From positions 104,691 through 168,690 of the forward strand of contig CBFFRP010000167.1 in NCBI GenBank assembly GCA_965644295.1: DNA of 64,000 nucleotides. The letters are read 5' to 3'. The notes under the pieces are model-generated. The model was not told where the DNA came from. It did not search any database and saw only the letters and a program-made list of their open reading frames with translations. The stretch comes from Paraphysomonas bandaiensis. Its lineage: Eukaryota > Protista > Chrysophyceae. Of this stretch, positions 25,683 through 39,095 are shown one piece after another. The position numbers and the translations under genes were made by a program. Position 1 is the stretch's first letter; each line of letters begins with the position of its first letter.

Positions 25683-26189
25683 GTTCGCTTTGAAGTTGGA
25701 TCAAGATTGCGATAGCGGACTTCAGTTAAGTCAAAGATAGTAACGGTACTGGTATGATATTACAATCACAGACGAGCCTTACAGTCTATCAGTACAACAA
25801 CAACATCTAGACATGTCATATTTTTTATTTCAAAAAAAGAAGAATATCTGCAGCACTGTCAATACAGCCATATACAGGAGTACAAGAAATACTCATATAC
25901 TTGTGGAGTATTTCCAACACATCAAATATCAACAAATTCTCTCTTTTGCGAAAACTATGGACTTTTTCTTCCAGTATATTGATATAAATAGCATTTTTAT
26001 GTACCTATATCGTTGTAATAGGAGGCGTATGTCATCTATACATATAGCTATATCGCAGAGGATAGACATTAACAAATTCTAGGAAGATTCAGCTTATTCA
26101 AAGCTTAACTTCTATTGGAAGAGTGATTTCAAGCAAAGCGTTTGCGGATTATAGTGAAGTTGTGTGTTTAGTTAAGACAGAGAGGCGAT

Positions 26190-26706
26190 ATGGTATTGGA
26201 AGACTCTCAAAAAATAGGAGTTGGTTTGCTGTGCTTGGGTTTAGGGTTTATCTCTATTGGTATGATCATGCTCTTTGATTCCGCGATGATTGCGATTGGT
26301 ATGATCCACCTGACATACAGTTCTTCTGTTTACTTTCAGTTTAGGAAACACCCTCTTCTTATGTGGTCTATACTTTTCAATAGGGCTGAAGCGTACGATA
26401 TCCCTGTTTACAAGGTATAAACATGTTGTAATTAAATAATTTCAATTTCACCTTTTTACTAGGCCAGATAGAATACGTGGAACGATTTGCTTCTTTCTCG
26501 GCATTGCGCTTGTTCTCTTCCGCTATCCTGTTGTTGGTATGATATTGGAGTCATTTGGAATTCTGAATTTATTCGGAAATTTCTTACCTACGATTTTAAA
26601 TTTTGCGAGACAAGTTCCTGGGTTATCTGTAGTGTTAGATTTTCCAGTTGTGTCCCAGGTGGCTGACTTCATCGCAGGAAAGACGCGATCTAAATACTCT
26701 GTTTAG
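26190..26706 (+). CDS. GOT1: Got1/GOLT1 vesicle transport protein, 3 exons
   Basis: DSQKIGVGLLCLG...LFDSAMIAIGN...RIRGTICFFLGIALV...GMILESFGILNLFGNF. Confidence 0.9.
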
Positions 26707-27245
26707 ATGTTGTATTGAATGCATTGACCTTTTTCGTTTTCGAGGCGTGTTGTTGTATTGTTGTATCAATTGTTAACTATATATAATACCCTCGATATTT
26801 TCTGTTAGATTTTAGTTACATGCAACAACATGCGAAGCAAAATTTTCATCGTTGGAATATAAGACTGCACTCCCGTGTGTCATACTATATTGTACATGAT
26901 GATGACGAATCATATATCCATATATATTCCTTATCATTTTATTTAAGTCTACCTTTCCAATGCTTTTCATGTATGCCAACATCTGGCTTGTCACACACTC
27001 AACTTTTAATATTTCAATTCGAATTCACTTGATGCTGTCTTAACAATCTGACGATATTACGATTATCTATTATATAACATAGAAGATATATTTCCCTATT
27101 CTATCACGCTGGTTGGCGAATATTGAAAGTAGTAAACAACAAATGATAAACTTGATGGACTATTAGAGGTCCTATAAAATTAATACATCACTTTTACTTC
27201 TATGTGAGTGCCAACTCCTCACACTGACGAGTCACTCTCCCAATA

Positions 27246-28371
27246 TTATCCTGATGAATGTGACACAGTGAAGGAGTGAATAATCGTTCCGTCATACGAG
27301 ATGAAATCAGTTACAAGGTTTTCGAATGATTCATCAAATGTGTGTAAGGTGAACCCAGCGGTCTTAGAGTTCCAAAGTGTCTGATAAGAATGGCTTGATG
27401 CCGGGGATATATGTCCCAGTATCTCTTTATCACCAGCAACTTTCCGGGCCATACGATCTCGTACCTGATCGGAGGTGGACACCAGCGCACCTGCACCCGA
27501 AGTGACATATGCACCAGAGTTATCAACGGTATAATGTGTCAGGGTGTGTGCATGGCCGTTTAAGTATAAATCAAAGCCATGAGCTTGAATGAGAGAAGTA
27601 AAATCTTGAACGTCGATTTCATCAGCAGGATGGTGACCAACTATGATCAACCAATCAGCTTCAGGCACTGCGGCTAGCGCCTTTTGCAGCCAGTTGTACT
27701 GCTCTGTACAGTCCTGGGAGATGATATTCTCATGAAACATACATTCGCCCTCGAAATCGTCGTCACTGCTGTCGAGAGAGCATGTTGGATAATCCGAACC
27801 GCAAGGGTCCCAGTATTCAGGGTTGTCACTGCGATAGTCAGAAATGCATGGAGAAGTGTCGAGAAATATAAATGAAATGTAGGTGCTGCTGTCAGGATCA
27901 ATAAGCACGCGGCGAGTGTAGTAGCGGGCATCCATTATCCAATTCTCATTCATCGTACTGTACTCCACCTGGGCTGTTACATTATATCCATACTCGTGGT
28001 TGCCAAGAACAGAGTACCAAGGTATCTGTAGAGACTCCTCGGAATAAGGTTTGACATAATCGACTTCAATCTGATAGTCGCTCGTGTTCTGAATACCGCA
28101 CCAGTAGAAGTTATCACCAACATTTACTACAAACGAAGCCCCCGAAGATGAAGCCGTCTCAGCCATCTGCGAGGAAACTGAGTAGACATTTGTCTCGGCC
28201 TGTCCTCCTAGTGCTGCTCCTCCTGTATGGATAGTAATGAGAGCTATACAGTTATAGTATTACATCTATACAAGTCCTTATGCTCCACTCACCCCAATCA
28301 CCTACAGTTAGGAAAGAGAAGGAGAGCGACAGTGGCAGGGGAGATAATAACAGAAGAACATGGAAAAGCAT
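27246..28371 (-). CDS. Secreted tartrate-resistant/purple acid phosphatase (ACP5-like metallophosphoesterase), 2 exons
   Basis: Signal peptide; GDWG, GDNFY, GNHEY, VGHHP and NGHAH metal-binding motifs. Confidence 0.9.
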
Positions 28372-28934
28372 TGTGTATTATGACTAAACTTGTTGGTCTA
28401 CTTAATGCGGGCAGGATTCTATGGGGATAATCTATAGTGATATTTATATACGGCGGTATACTGGTGCTGTAGACACATTAATGTACTGCTGTACAACATG
28501 TAGACGGGTACATACTGCAGTGGAACAACCCTACACAGGTAGGAACTGTATAACAGTGTAACTGTAATCTACACACCTCAGTATAGTATCGTATCGTATA
28601 GTAGTGGAGTGTATACAGCAGTGTACAGTAGCAGTAGCAGTAGCAGGAGAGTGTGGTATTGGAAAGAACAGTGAGAAGAAGCTCAGAGAAAGAGACTCAT
28701 GTATCACACACGACTCATGTGTCTGTTATGGACACAGACCTCCTCGGCGTGATCTTACTTAGCCAATAACTGACAGTGATCCATCTCACTGCCATTAAAC
28801 AGATTGACTGCATTAACTGTTATTCATACAATACACTGATGACAGTGTCGGAGTGTTGCTACTTACAGGCATACATTTTTACATTAATTATATAATTTGG
28901 TTACTTCTGTGAGTGTTCTGTTGTGACTGTTGAT

Positions 28935-31900
28935 ATGCAATCAGACAAGGAGGGGCATCAGTCTAACGACAGGAGTGACGCTGATTACGATCTGATTTCA
29001 CTGTTCGATATGGGGACAGTGTCCAATCAGGAAAATGGACCACCGAAAAAAATCAAATCAGAGTTGGTGTCAATACCCCGGTGTGTTTTCACTGAAAACT
29101 CCGTCTCATATGTCGAAGACAAGATGCTGTCTTATTTTGAAGAAGATATTTGTATTGCTGATCCCCCTCTTTTAACCTCCCGAAGTGAGAGTCGTTTGAA
29201 ACTAAACTTTTCACGTGGATGTGGGAAAGATGAGCGCGATACGGACCACTTTGTAATGCCGTCTCTGCGTTTAGACTACATGGACGACAAAGAGTACAGC
29301 GAACCAGTACGTGACAGAGATAAAATCTGGGCCATAGATTCCCAAAGAAATATTTTAAACAAGGATCCGCCCACAGAAAAGAAGAACGAGCTTGTATGTG
29401 TATACTACGAGTGGTTTCATTTTTTAAATTGTGTTCTACCCAGGCACTTGGTGAGCATTCGAAACCGCCATCTCATCCTCCACTGCTGTGGTGTCCAGCC
29501 CTTCAAACAGCACTACGTAAAAGGTATAAAGAATGCACAGCGAAATTATGACTTATAAGCTGCCTACAGACGAATTTTGCGCCAAGCGGCAGTTATCAGT
29601 GACACCCACTGCTTCGTGGACATTTACGGACTGGGCGTGGCTGGGCGAGTTCTCGCCCCTGGCAGTGCCACAAACCGGTTACTCTTGATTGAAGCGTATT
29701 CGGTGTGGGACAGCACCACCCACAGCCTCGTGTTGCATATTCCTCAACTCAAGGTACATCTGCTTCATTTTATTGCGCACCCACGCATGACCTTTTTTTG
29801 TTAGCGGTTACTTCTCGGACAAGAGCATCTGTTTGTTCCAGGCAAGAAGTATGAACTGGTGCGCGCATTGGTGAGCCTGCTCTACTTCGACTATACCATC
29901 ACATACGAAGCAGTGTCTGATACAGAGGGTATTCCCTTGTGCTTTATAATTCTAAGTTCTCATGCATATATGCAGAGAAGAGCATTATGTCTCGGCCGCT
30001 TTCTCGTGCGAAAACCAAAGACATTATCAATGCAGCACCAAGTACAATCCAGGGCGAGTTGGATTCATGTAATGAGGCGGGTCCAGAGCACGTGGAAGAA
30101 GAGGATTCTCATGACCGACAGGAGAGTGAGGAGGATGTTCCAGGCAGTTGCACTAAAACAATTCACGTGTCACATCTAGAAAAATTTAAGTTACCAGAGA
30201 GTTATCCGCAAAGCATCGCAGATATAATCCGCGCTGTATCCACGAAAGACGCTTTACTTGACACTCTCAGGCCTGGTCTCACACAAACTCTCAGGATTAG
30301 GTACAGTCCTGTTATTAATTTGAAAACTCCGTACTCTCTAATGCTATACAGCTCGGAGAAAAGGATAAATGGCCCTGTGATCCGCCGCCAGGAAGCAGCA
30401 GAAAAATACCGTAAAGAGCAAGCGGAGTTTGAGCGGAAGCGTCTGGCTTGGTTGGCGATTCCAAGACGATATAAAGGGTGGCTTTCCGGAAAGTGTATTC
30501 GTGCACGCGGAAAAATTGTTGTGATGTCTTGCTACAGGTACTGAATGTACTGAAATATTCACAATTCACGCAGTCATGGTTTTTGTACCAGAATGCCGAA
30601 TCGACCATCGGTACTGTCGATAAAAGGCCACGCCGCGTTTGAATGCGCTAAACTCACGCATAATCTCGAACTTGGAAGCATGGGTCTATATTTTGGGATC
30701 AGATTGTCCCCAAAAAAATGGGAAGACGACATCGCGAAATATGTTGTGTCAAGAGCAGCGAAGTTGCTCACGATTGGTACGGTTCTTTTCGATACTGGTA
30801 GTTAACGATGATATGATATTATAGGCGAAGCTGATGTGAGGCAAACCGTGTACATTTCGTACATGGGAAAGAATGGCTCCGAGTCGCAGTTGTCGCCTCT
30901 TCCAACATGCATCGGATTTGAGAAGCGGAGGGGGATTACTTGGGCTAGGTAATACGTAGCATTAGCTTAATGATTTGTACTTATGCCCACTTCAGGGATA
31001 GAGCCCTTCCTGCGCGAGCAAGTTGTGCTCCTGGTGAGTGATGTTCACCCTGTATCATACTTACCTAAAAGTTGTTTAGATATACCTCTTCATCACGAAC
31101 CTCTATGGGTGCAAAGTACATCAGCACTTGGTAGACGCAGTTTGCGAAAGAGGAGGTTGTATGCAGGAGAGCAGTTGTGTGGTACCTGTAGACCACGAAG
31201 GGAAGTAGGACGCCCTAGACGGATACTTACAAGGTTTTCGTGAACTACTTTCATGTTGACATCGTTGTTACGTGTGTTGCAGAGGGAAAAGAATTGGACA
31301 CGTGTATGGTGTTTATTCGTTTTATCTAGCATGTGAACTATGCGATGATACAATAGCCTCAATAGAGGATATAGAACACAGTATTGCGAATAAGGAATTT
31401 GGGAACCAGGTATACTATGACATTGATGAGTCGAAGTGTATGATGTAAATATTCTTAGGAATTACCCCCATGTCTTGGACCAGGGATATCCATTACTGTA
31501 GAAGTTTATTTTCCTGAAAATCCCACTACCGTAGCTGTACGACAAGGTGATGACCTTGGCATTGGGTCATCAGTTCTAGGCGGCCCCACTGTTCTTCGTC
31601 TCGATCTCTCCCGGGGAGATATCTGCCGTCTCGTAGATGATAAGTCGTTGCTTCGCGTAGGTTTTAGACTCGGTCATACTTTCTTTGAAGAAGGCGCATC
31701 GGAGGTAGAAGTCAAGAAAGTGGAGGATGCTTGGATAGCTATAGCCAATACTATAATGAACAAGTGTAGGTGGAGAAGAAAGTTATATCCTGGGAACAGT
31801 GAAGGATATGCTGCGAAGGTGGAAAAAGCGAATGAATTACTGGTTATTAATAGTGTGGACGTTACGGACGAAGTGATTGGTAAATCACGTGAAAAGGTTA

Positions 31901-32724
31901 TATGTCCATTACCCGTGATGAAGGCTCCAATTAGTGAAAACGATGAAGATAGTGAGAATTGGTCTGTTAGCAGCAAAGAAGTTAACGAGGTGTCAATTGA
32001 GTCGGCTCAACCTGTAGCAAGTGTTGAGGAGTTAGTGCTTTCATTACCGACTGTAATATTTAATAAAACGTGCTCTGTGCTCAGTGAGTCGGACAATAGA
32101 TCGGAAGTTGTGTTGCAGGTGTGTTTCTGCTGACTGTGGTGTTTTTTTAACCAATAATGACAGATACTGGTGTGGCAACATGGCATTCACATGGGTGTAA
32201 TATGTTTCGACAGAGAAATGAAGGACATCTACTTTGCACAGTCGGCAGATGAACAGCAAGAAATACTGTGTGTAGAACTGCAGGCATCTGGCCTCGAAGA
32301 AATAGCTATTAATATGTCTTTCTTCGCAGGGAGTCTGACGTATCAAGAAGAAGTAAGAATTATGATTTCAAATATATGGTTTGACAGTGATATACAGAAG
32401 TTGAAAGATGGCACAATAAAGAGATATATCCAAGTTATGAGGGATGCGGATGTCGAAGACACCACGGGTTTTATTAATGATGAGTACGGATCGCAAGTTA
32501 GTACATGTAGCTGCATATTTGTCGTATTTATTTTGTTTTTCCAGGCTGTTGAAGCGTCGCGCAACGCCTCTGAAGCTGCCCGAGCTCGTCAAAACGCTGG
32601 AGTTGTTGAAGCGAAAAAAGCCGAAGAAATTGAGAAAGTGGCCCCTGCTGATATGGACAATGAAAGTGATGTATATCAGTCAGGATCAGGAGAGGAGTTA
32701 CATGATGATGACGTTTTCATATAG
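28935..32724 (+). CDS. Large multi-exon protein of unknown function
   Basis: Chain of same-strand ORFs (28923, 29577, 29939, 30593, 31648, 32170) separated by short GT-AG introns. No family recognised; exon boundaries approximate. Confidence 0.6.
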
Positions 32725-32959
32725 TGTTTTAGAGAGTGAAGTGAATATATGTTATGTGAACAAGTGTCGAGTGGCCTATACGTTTTGTTCGTTTGAAAAT
32801 ATTTTCATCGTGTTGTTAAATACACAATATTTTCTAATAATTCACAGTATTTTCGTGGAAAACCAAAAGGAATATACTTACCTATATAAAGTGTATCTTA
32901 CAGGGGGTACCGTTCGTGGTGATAATACGACAGGCCTCAGAGGGTGGAATGTACATTAC

Positions 32960-33083
32960 CAGGGCTGCGTATGAGTTAATTGTCAATTATTGAAATTGCA
33001 ATAATTGAAATTGAGAGACAGCAAGTAATAATTGAAATTATAATTGACTACAACCTGCGTCAATTAATTGATACGCAGCCCTG
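32960..33083. mobile_element. 124-bp MITE with hAT-type TIRs
   Basis: TIRs CAGGGCTGCGTAT / ATACGCAGCCCTG; interior AATTG repeats; flanks TACATTAC / TATATAAC match 6/8 (decayed 8-bp TSD). Confidence 0.75.
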
Positions 33084-34113
33084 TATATAACACCCTTAAC
33101 AACAATTTATTCGATTGGACGAATGTATATGGCACTAAAGGTAATCTTTCCTCAAAGCAAAGCGGAAAATTTGTGATTTAGCACGAGAAAGAAATTAAAT
33201 CAACTAATGAAGAAAAAACATAGTTTGAGCATGTTATTTTCTCCTTCTTATAAGATGTTAGCTGTCATTGGAAAGAAAACTTGACAGTATGCTGCTGAAT
33301 TGTACTATACAGCTACACAATGTATTATGGTGAGCTCGCTACAGTATATAATAACCCTGGAGAGCAGTGCAATGAAGTGCACTATGCGGTGTGTGTGACG
33401 ACAATACGATGTACGACATACACAGTTCATTATCTATAGTATTCTAGCGTGACGTATAAGCATGTTTATATACAAGCTGTAGGATGAGAAGTCTGTGATA
33501 GAAGGGACAGGTTAGTGGCATGAGCCTTTATTAAAGAGAAAACTAATAACAAAACAAGTTAATCACACTATACATTATCATCAACCTGTGAATTGTTATT
33601 GTCCTACAAACGTAACTTGTTCTTGGGAATAAGTTACCTGGGGCTGCAGTTAGGAAGCAAATCAAGCTATGAGGATGACGCCATTCTAGTGAAGGACACC
33701 AACACAGTGCAGAGGCAATACTAGATATGAGAGATATTGCATCACTTATTGCAGCGACTACTTCGAAGCCTTACAGCAGCGCTGCCTTACCTGCTGGTGG
33801 TTTCAACCGATACACCACAGGCTTTCATACGGTGTACGTTACAACATTCCGCCTGAATGCAAACCCCAACAACACCATGGCTAGTGACAACTACTCAAGT
33901 ATTCATTTCAATCAGATCTCATTGATTGTATATGCTGACCACAACGCCCTCAAGTTCTATATTAAGAACCCCTCTGCTGCTATGTATATGTACGTGATAG
34001 GCGGTCATAGAATTAACTACTAAGCAATCATCATTCCGATGTATCTCTGTATGATATCTACAGTGCTGCTTCTGATAAACGCATTCATGCATGCATGCAT
34101 GTATGTATGTATG

Positions 34114-34934
34114 TGAGGAGAGTTCAGAGGATGCCTCGGAGAGGACGAGAACGAGAAGGCGTTAGCTGCGTGGGAGGCGAATGATCGCAAGCGGCGTAAG
34201 CTGGAAACGAAGCGCCAAGTAGCAAAAGCAAAAGGCACTTTTGAGCAGAGTGTGCTAGGAAAAGACGAGAGGCTTTTAGGCGAGACTGGATAGAGACTCC
34301 TCGGCGCCCTCTGTGTCATCCCGTAACGCAATCTGCACCGGGTCTTCAACCCTCGGATCATAACAGATCGGACGTAACTTCGAGATATGATGCTTCGTCG
34401 TGCCTTTGGTCAAAAGACTCTGCACTGTATAAATTCCACCATCTATTGCCACCACCTTCATGGGGCCTTTTAAATATGGTAATAACTTGCTCGGAGGACC
34501 CTTCCTCAACGAGTTATGGCGATATTCCACTAGCACCAAAGCCCCTACCGGATATGAGGATATACCCTCCGGCATATTAGACTCAATATGATGCTGGTCT
34601 CGGATACGCAAATTCTGTTGTGCATACGCCCTAACCTTATCCTGAGCGACAAAACTGTCTACCAGCTACAATATCGATATTCAATTACTATGATGTCTAG
34701 GAGAATTAGGAAAAGTAAACGCGTTGGAGAGAAGGAAGTTGAGGGGGTTCCAGAGGAACCGAGACCCTCCAGTGTTGTGGAAGGGGAGGAGGCCCCCTCA
34801 ACTTCCTTCTCTCCAACGCGTTTACTTTTCCTAATTCTCCTAGACATCAGAGTAACTGAATATCGATATTGTAGCTGGTAGACACCAAGAGAATGTAGAC
34901 TAGGGAATATATGGTTATTATGCATATAAGAATT
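34114..34934 (-). mobile_element. Rearranged Ty3/gypsy retrotransposon remnant (integrase C-terminus plus 5' leader)
   Basis: ORF 34276..34611 YPVGALVLV...SKLLPYLKGPMKV...HISKLRP (GPY/F-type integrase tail). 34793-34934 reverse-complement matches the element leader at 56790-56940. Confidence 0.75.
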
Positions 34935-35073
34935 ATGTATGTATGTATGTATGTATGTATGTATGTATGTATGTATGTATGTATGTATGTATGTATGTAT
35001 GTATGTATGTATGTATGTATGTATGTATGTATGTATGTATGTATGTATGTATGTATGTATGTATGTATGTATG

Positions 35074-35105
<32 letters not shown>

Positions 35106-35283
35106 TGTATGTATGTATGTATGTATGTATGTATGTATGTATGTATGTATGTATGTATGTATGTATGTATGTATGTATGTATGTATGTATGTATGTATGT
35201 ATGTATGTATGTATGTATGTATGTATGTATGTATGTATGTATGTATGTATGTATGTATGTATGTATGTATGTATGTATGTATG

Positions 35284-35314
<31 letters not shown>

Positions 35315-35695
35315 GTATGTATGTGTATGTATGTATGTATGTATGTATGTATGTATGTATGTATGTATGTATGTATGTATGTATGTATGTATGTATGTAT
35401 GTATGTATGTATGTATGTATGTATGTATGTATGTATGTATGTATGTATGTATGTATGTATGTATGTATGTATGTATGTATGTATGTATGTATGTATGTAT
35501 GTATGTATGTATGTATGTATGTATGTATGTATGTATGTATGTATGTATGTATGTATGTATGTATGTATGTATGTATGTATGTATGTATGTATGTATGTAT
35601 GTATGTATGTATGTATGTATGTATGTATGTATGTATGTATGTATGTATGTATGTATGTATGTATGCATGTATGTATGTATGTATGTATGTATGCA
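34935..35695. repeat. (TATG)n microsatellite, ~760 bp
   Basis: Near-perfect tetranucleotide tract. Confidence 0.99.
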
Positions 35696-35766
35696 TGTTG
35701 CTTATGGTTGTTATGGTGGTATAGTGTATGGTACAGTGTATCATATCATAGTGTAGTGTACTAACG

Positions 35767-36986
35767 ATGCGTCAAAGTGGATCGTTTCTTAAAAAGGCGG
35801 GAAGCATCATCCCTGCCATTGATGTACACACCCACATGTATCTCCCGGGCTACATGAACATCCTCCGTAAGCGTGTGGACATCCCTCGAGTGGCTTCTAT
35901 AGATGGTAGCGATCGTCTTATTATTCTTCCAGGTGAAGACGCAGAAAAGACCACTAACGTAGGCCGTCCCATAGGGAGGGAGTACTGGGATGTTAATGCT
36001 AAGTTAAAGTACATGGACCAGCATGGGATACAGACATCAGTTGTCAGTCTAGCGAACCCATGGTTGGATTTTATAGAGGGAGATGAGGCGGAGAGTGTGG
36101 CACAGGAGCTTAATGATGAGCTGCAGACTATGTGTGATAACTCTAATGGACGCTTGTATGGGTTTGCTACTCTTCCTGTCCGTAACACTGCTGCATCGGT
36201 GCGGGAAGTGGAAAGGATATCCAAACTCGAGCATGTGCGTGGTGTTATTTTGGGCACCCCTGGGGCGGGGAAGGGTCTGGATGACGAGGGTATGCGAGAT
36301 GTACTTGGAGCAATTGAGGCGAACAACCTCATGATATTCATGCATCCCCATTATGGTTAGTGATTGTATTCCCCTTTATTTCTGAGATATACTGTTAACT
36401 TTGCTACAGGTGTTGGAAACGAACACTTTCACGACTCTGGTCACAGTTTGTTTTTAGCACTAGGTAAAACTATGACTGAGTGCGTATTCAGTTGTGTGAT
36501 GAATATTTCCCAGGATTTCCTTTTGAAACTACAGTTGCCGTATCTCGACTCATTGTGAGCGGTACATTGGATAGGTTTCCGAATTTGCGCCTCCTTGTGG
36601 CTCATGCTGGTGCCGCAATGCCGGCGCTTGTAGGGCGTTTGGACAGTTGTGTAGCACATGACATTGCTGTGTCGTCTCGTTTGAAACATGCTCCGACTGA
36701 GTATCTGCAACGCATGTACTTCGATGCGATCGCCTACAGCGAACCCGCTATGGACTGCCTTATAAAATTTGTGGGTGTGGAACGGATTATGTTTGGAACT
36801 GATAATCCCTTTTTCCCTCCTCCAACATCTCCAGGAGCTACTACTTCATCCATCGGTTCTGATGGTGTCTCTTCTGTACTGTGGCCGTCAACGATGAAGG
36901 TATTCAGCACTATGGAGCACCTGACGCTTGATTCCCAAGAAAAAATTATGTATGGAAATGCGAAATCTCTTTTGAATATAAAGTGA
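35767..36986 (+). CDS. Amidohydrolase-2 decarboxylase, uracil-5-carboxylate (iso-orotate) decarboxylase/ACMSD-like, 3 exons
   Basis: IDVHTHMY, RLIILP, GRPIG, MDQHGIQTSVVSLANPWLDF, FMHPHYG, LALGFPFETT, AHAGAA, IMFGTDNPFFPP. Confidence 0.85.
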
Positions 36987-39095
36987 ACTCAGGCAAATCT
37001 GGATTATTCATGTTTGGTTGCATATTATCGAATTTTCTATCGGAATTTTATAACCATAGAATAATTCATTTAACAACGTCGCCAACATTACTTCTCTTCC
37101 ATCTTCGTCAACTACTCAATTACACATCTCTGACAATGACAAGTATACGGTTACTACATGCACATGTACTTCGCACTATTATTATAATAACCCATACTTC
37201 TACAGCGTGGCTTGAAACCCTGATATATTTTTGGTATCCCTACAGTCATATTTCCTAGATACTAGTATATGAATGTCGTTTATTTATGCGAAGGAGTAAA
37301 TGTATAATGTATACAGCATAGTATTGTTGGGTTGTGAATAACTGTGGATATTGATGCTAGACTATATTGCATAGACTACTGTTACGAATTAGTAGAATAT
37401 CAAAGTTAAGCACTAGTTTGTTAAATTGTAATGCTAAAATGACTAGCATTCTTCTAGCCACTAATTGATGCAAGGTCTCAACGCCTATTGCTAAATTATC
37501 AGACATTCACTACTAATGCTAAATTAATTCTGACTCTTAAACGCCTATGTTGCTAATAATAAGACATTCACTATACAGTAAATATGCGATGAAACTGCGT
37601 GGTCTTAACAAAGTCGGATTTAAACTTTTTTGTGGTGTTCTGGGGAATAAGTACCGGTGAGTTTTTTTCTGGGAAACTAACGTAAGTCGCATTCGTAGAC
37701 AGCAGTTTTACTTATAACCACATGCTTGTTGTTATGGAGTAGACAGAAGTTTAGGAATGGGCCCACCTCAAAGGTGTTTGGGTTTTGGGCTGCTTGTTGC
37801 AACCAGTCATCCGTAATGAGTTCACTATAATGGCTCGGAATCCTGAAGTCAGCGTATGTCAGGTATATCATTCTGCATTCTAACTGTGTTGGCTTGGATT
37901 GATTGATAGCGAAGATGGTTGTACCTTGATGCTTGCGGCTACGCGCAAGTAGTCCTCGTAGTGCTAAACAGTAGAATATTTGCGCTAGTATTCAATAGAT
38001 TATTTTAATTTAGTTTTTCCTTGTTGCTCTACGTTTACTGCTAAAATAAGATATTTAATATATATATAAACCTGCGTGCAAGTTACACGGAGATTTATTT
38101 ACACGTAGTATATTATTAAAATTTAATCTAATAACGTAACCAATAATCCAATCATTACGCATGAGCACAAGATCGTATCCGTATAGATCCACCTGCTTAT
38201 ATTTATGGCCTTTCAGGTGTACATGGAATATATAGACATAATAATATCAACCACTTGCTGTAGCCCGCGCATAGAGGTACGAGGCGCTGACCCACCGCGA
38301 CATTTCTTTCTAGTAAATTGCCTTCAGTCTAAAAACATATCAACTTATTTCCGAAGAAATATATTTCAACATTGGATATCTTTAGTCCTGCAGTGAAATT
38401 TTGGATTGACTTCTTATGTAGCTGTATGACGTGAAAGAGTATTATCATTGGTGGAACACTTAGATTTCACTAAAATAGAACTGTAGAATACGTTAATTAC
38501 AACGTGAAAAACTGTAACACGTAGTTAAAATACTATGTAACTATAGCTGTGAAACTGAAGTATCACGACGACTCAAGATACGGAAGTTGGTCAGTGGTTG
38601 ACATTAAAGAAATATAAAACTATGTTGTATGTTGATATGTTTTACATGACAACGCACAAGTACCTAAGCAGAAATAGTAATCTATATAGTCTAAAGACAT
38701 AGTTTTCTTTAACAATCTAAACCAACAAAATGTTTAAAAGCCAATGCATAGCCATTCGTTTTAGTGAACTCGTTTAGTTGAGGTTGTGACTGCCATATTT
38801 TTAATCAAACTAGACAGCACAACGAAACTTTTAGTTCTGCATATGGCCACTATCTTGATTTAGTTTCATTATAGATTATAGCCATTAGCTCACCGAAACA
38901 ACCTGATTTCTATAACAAAGTCTTGTAAATTATAAAATGTATGGTGTAGTATACATGATACATAATAAATTCAATATAGTAGACAAAAAGAATAATTAGG
39001 TCGATGCAAGAATAAGAGCGATATGAGCTGAAAACAAAAGACTCCACACAACGCACATACATTCTTATTACTGTTCAATATTATGGGATACGATT

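Noticed and set aside
33727-34023. IVYADHNALKF resembling the end of a retrotransposon RNase H
   Set aside because: Single short motif with no supporting upstream motifs.
34659-35764. Long HTYI/MYVC ORFs (also 56177-56757)
   Set aside because: Translations of the (TATG)n microsatellite.
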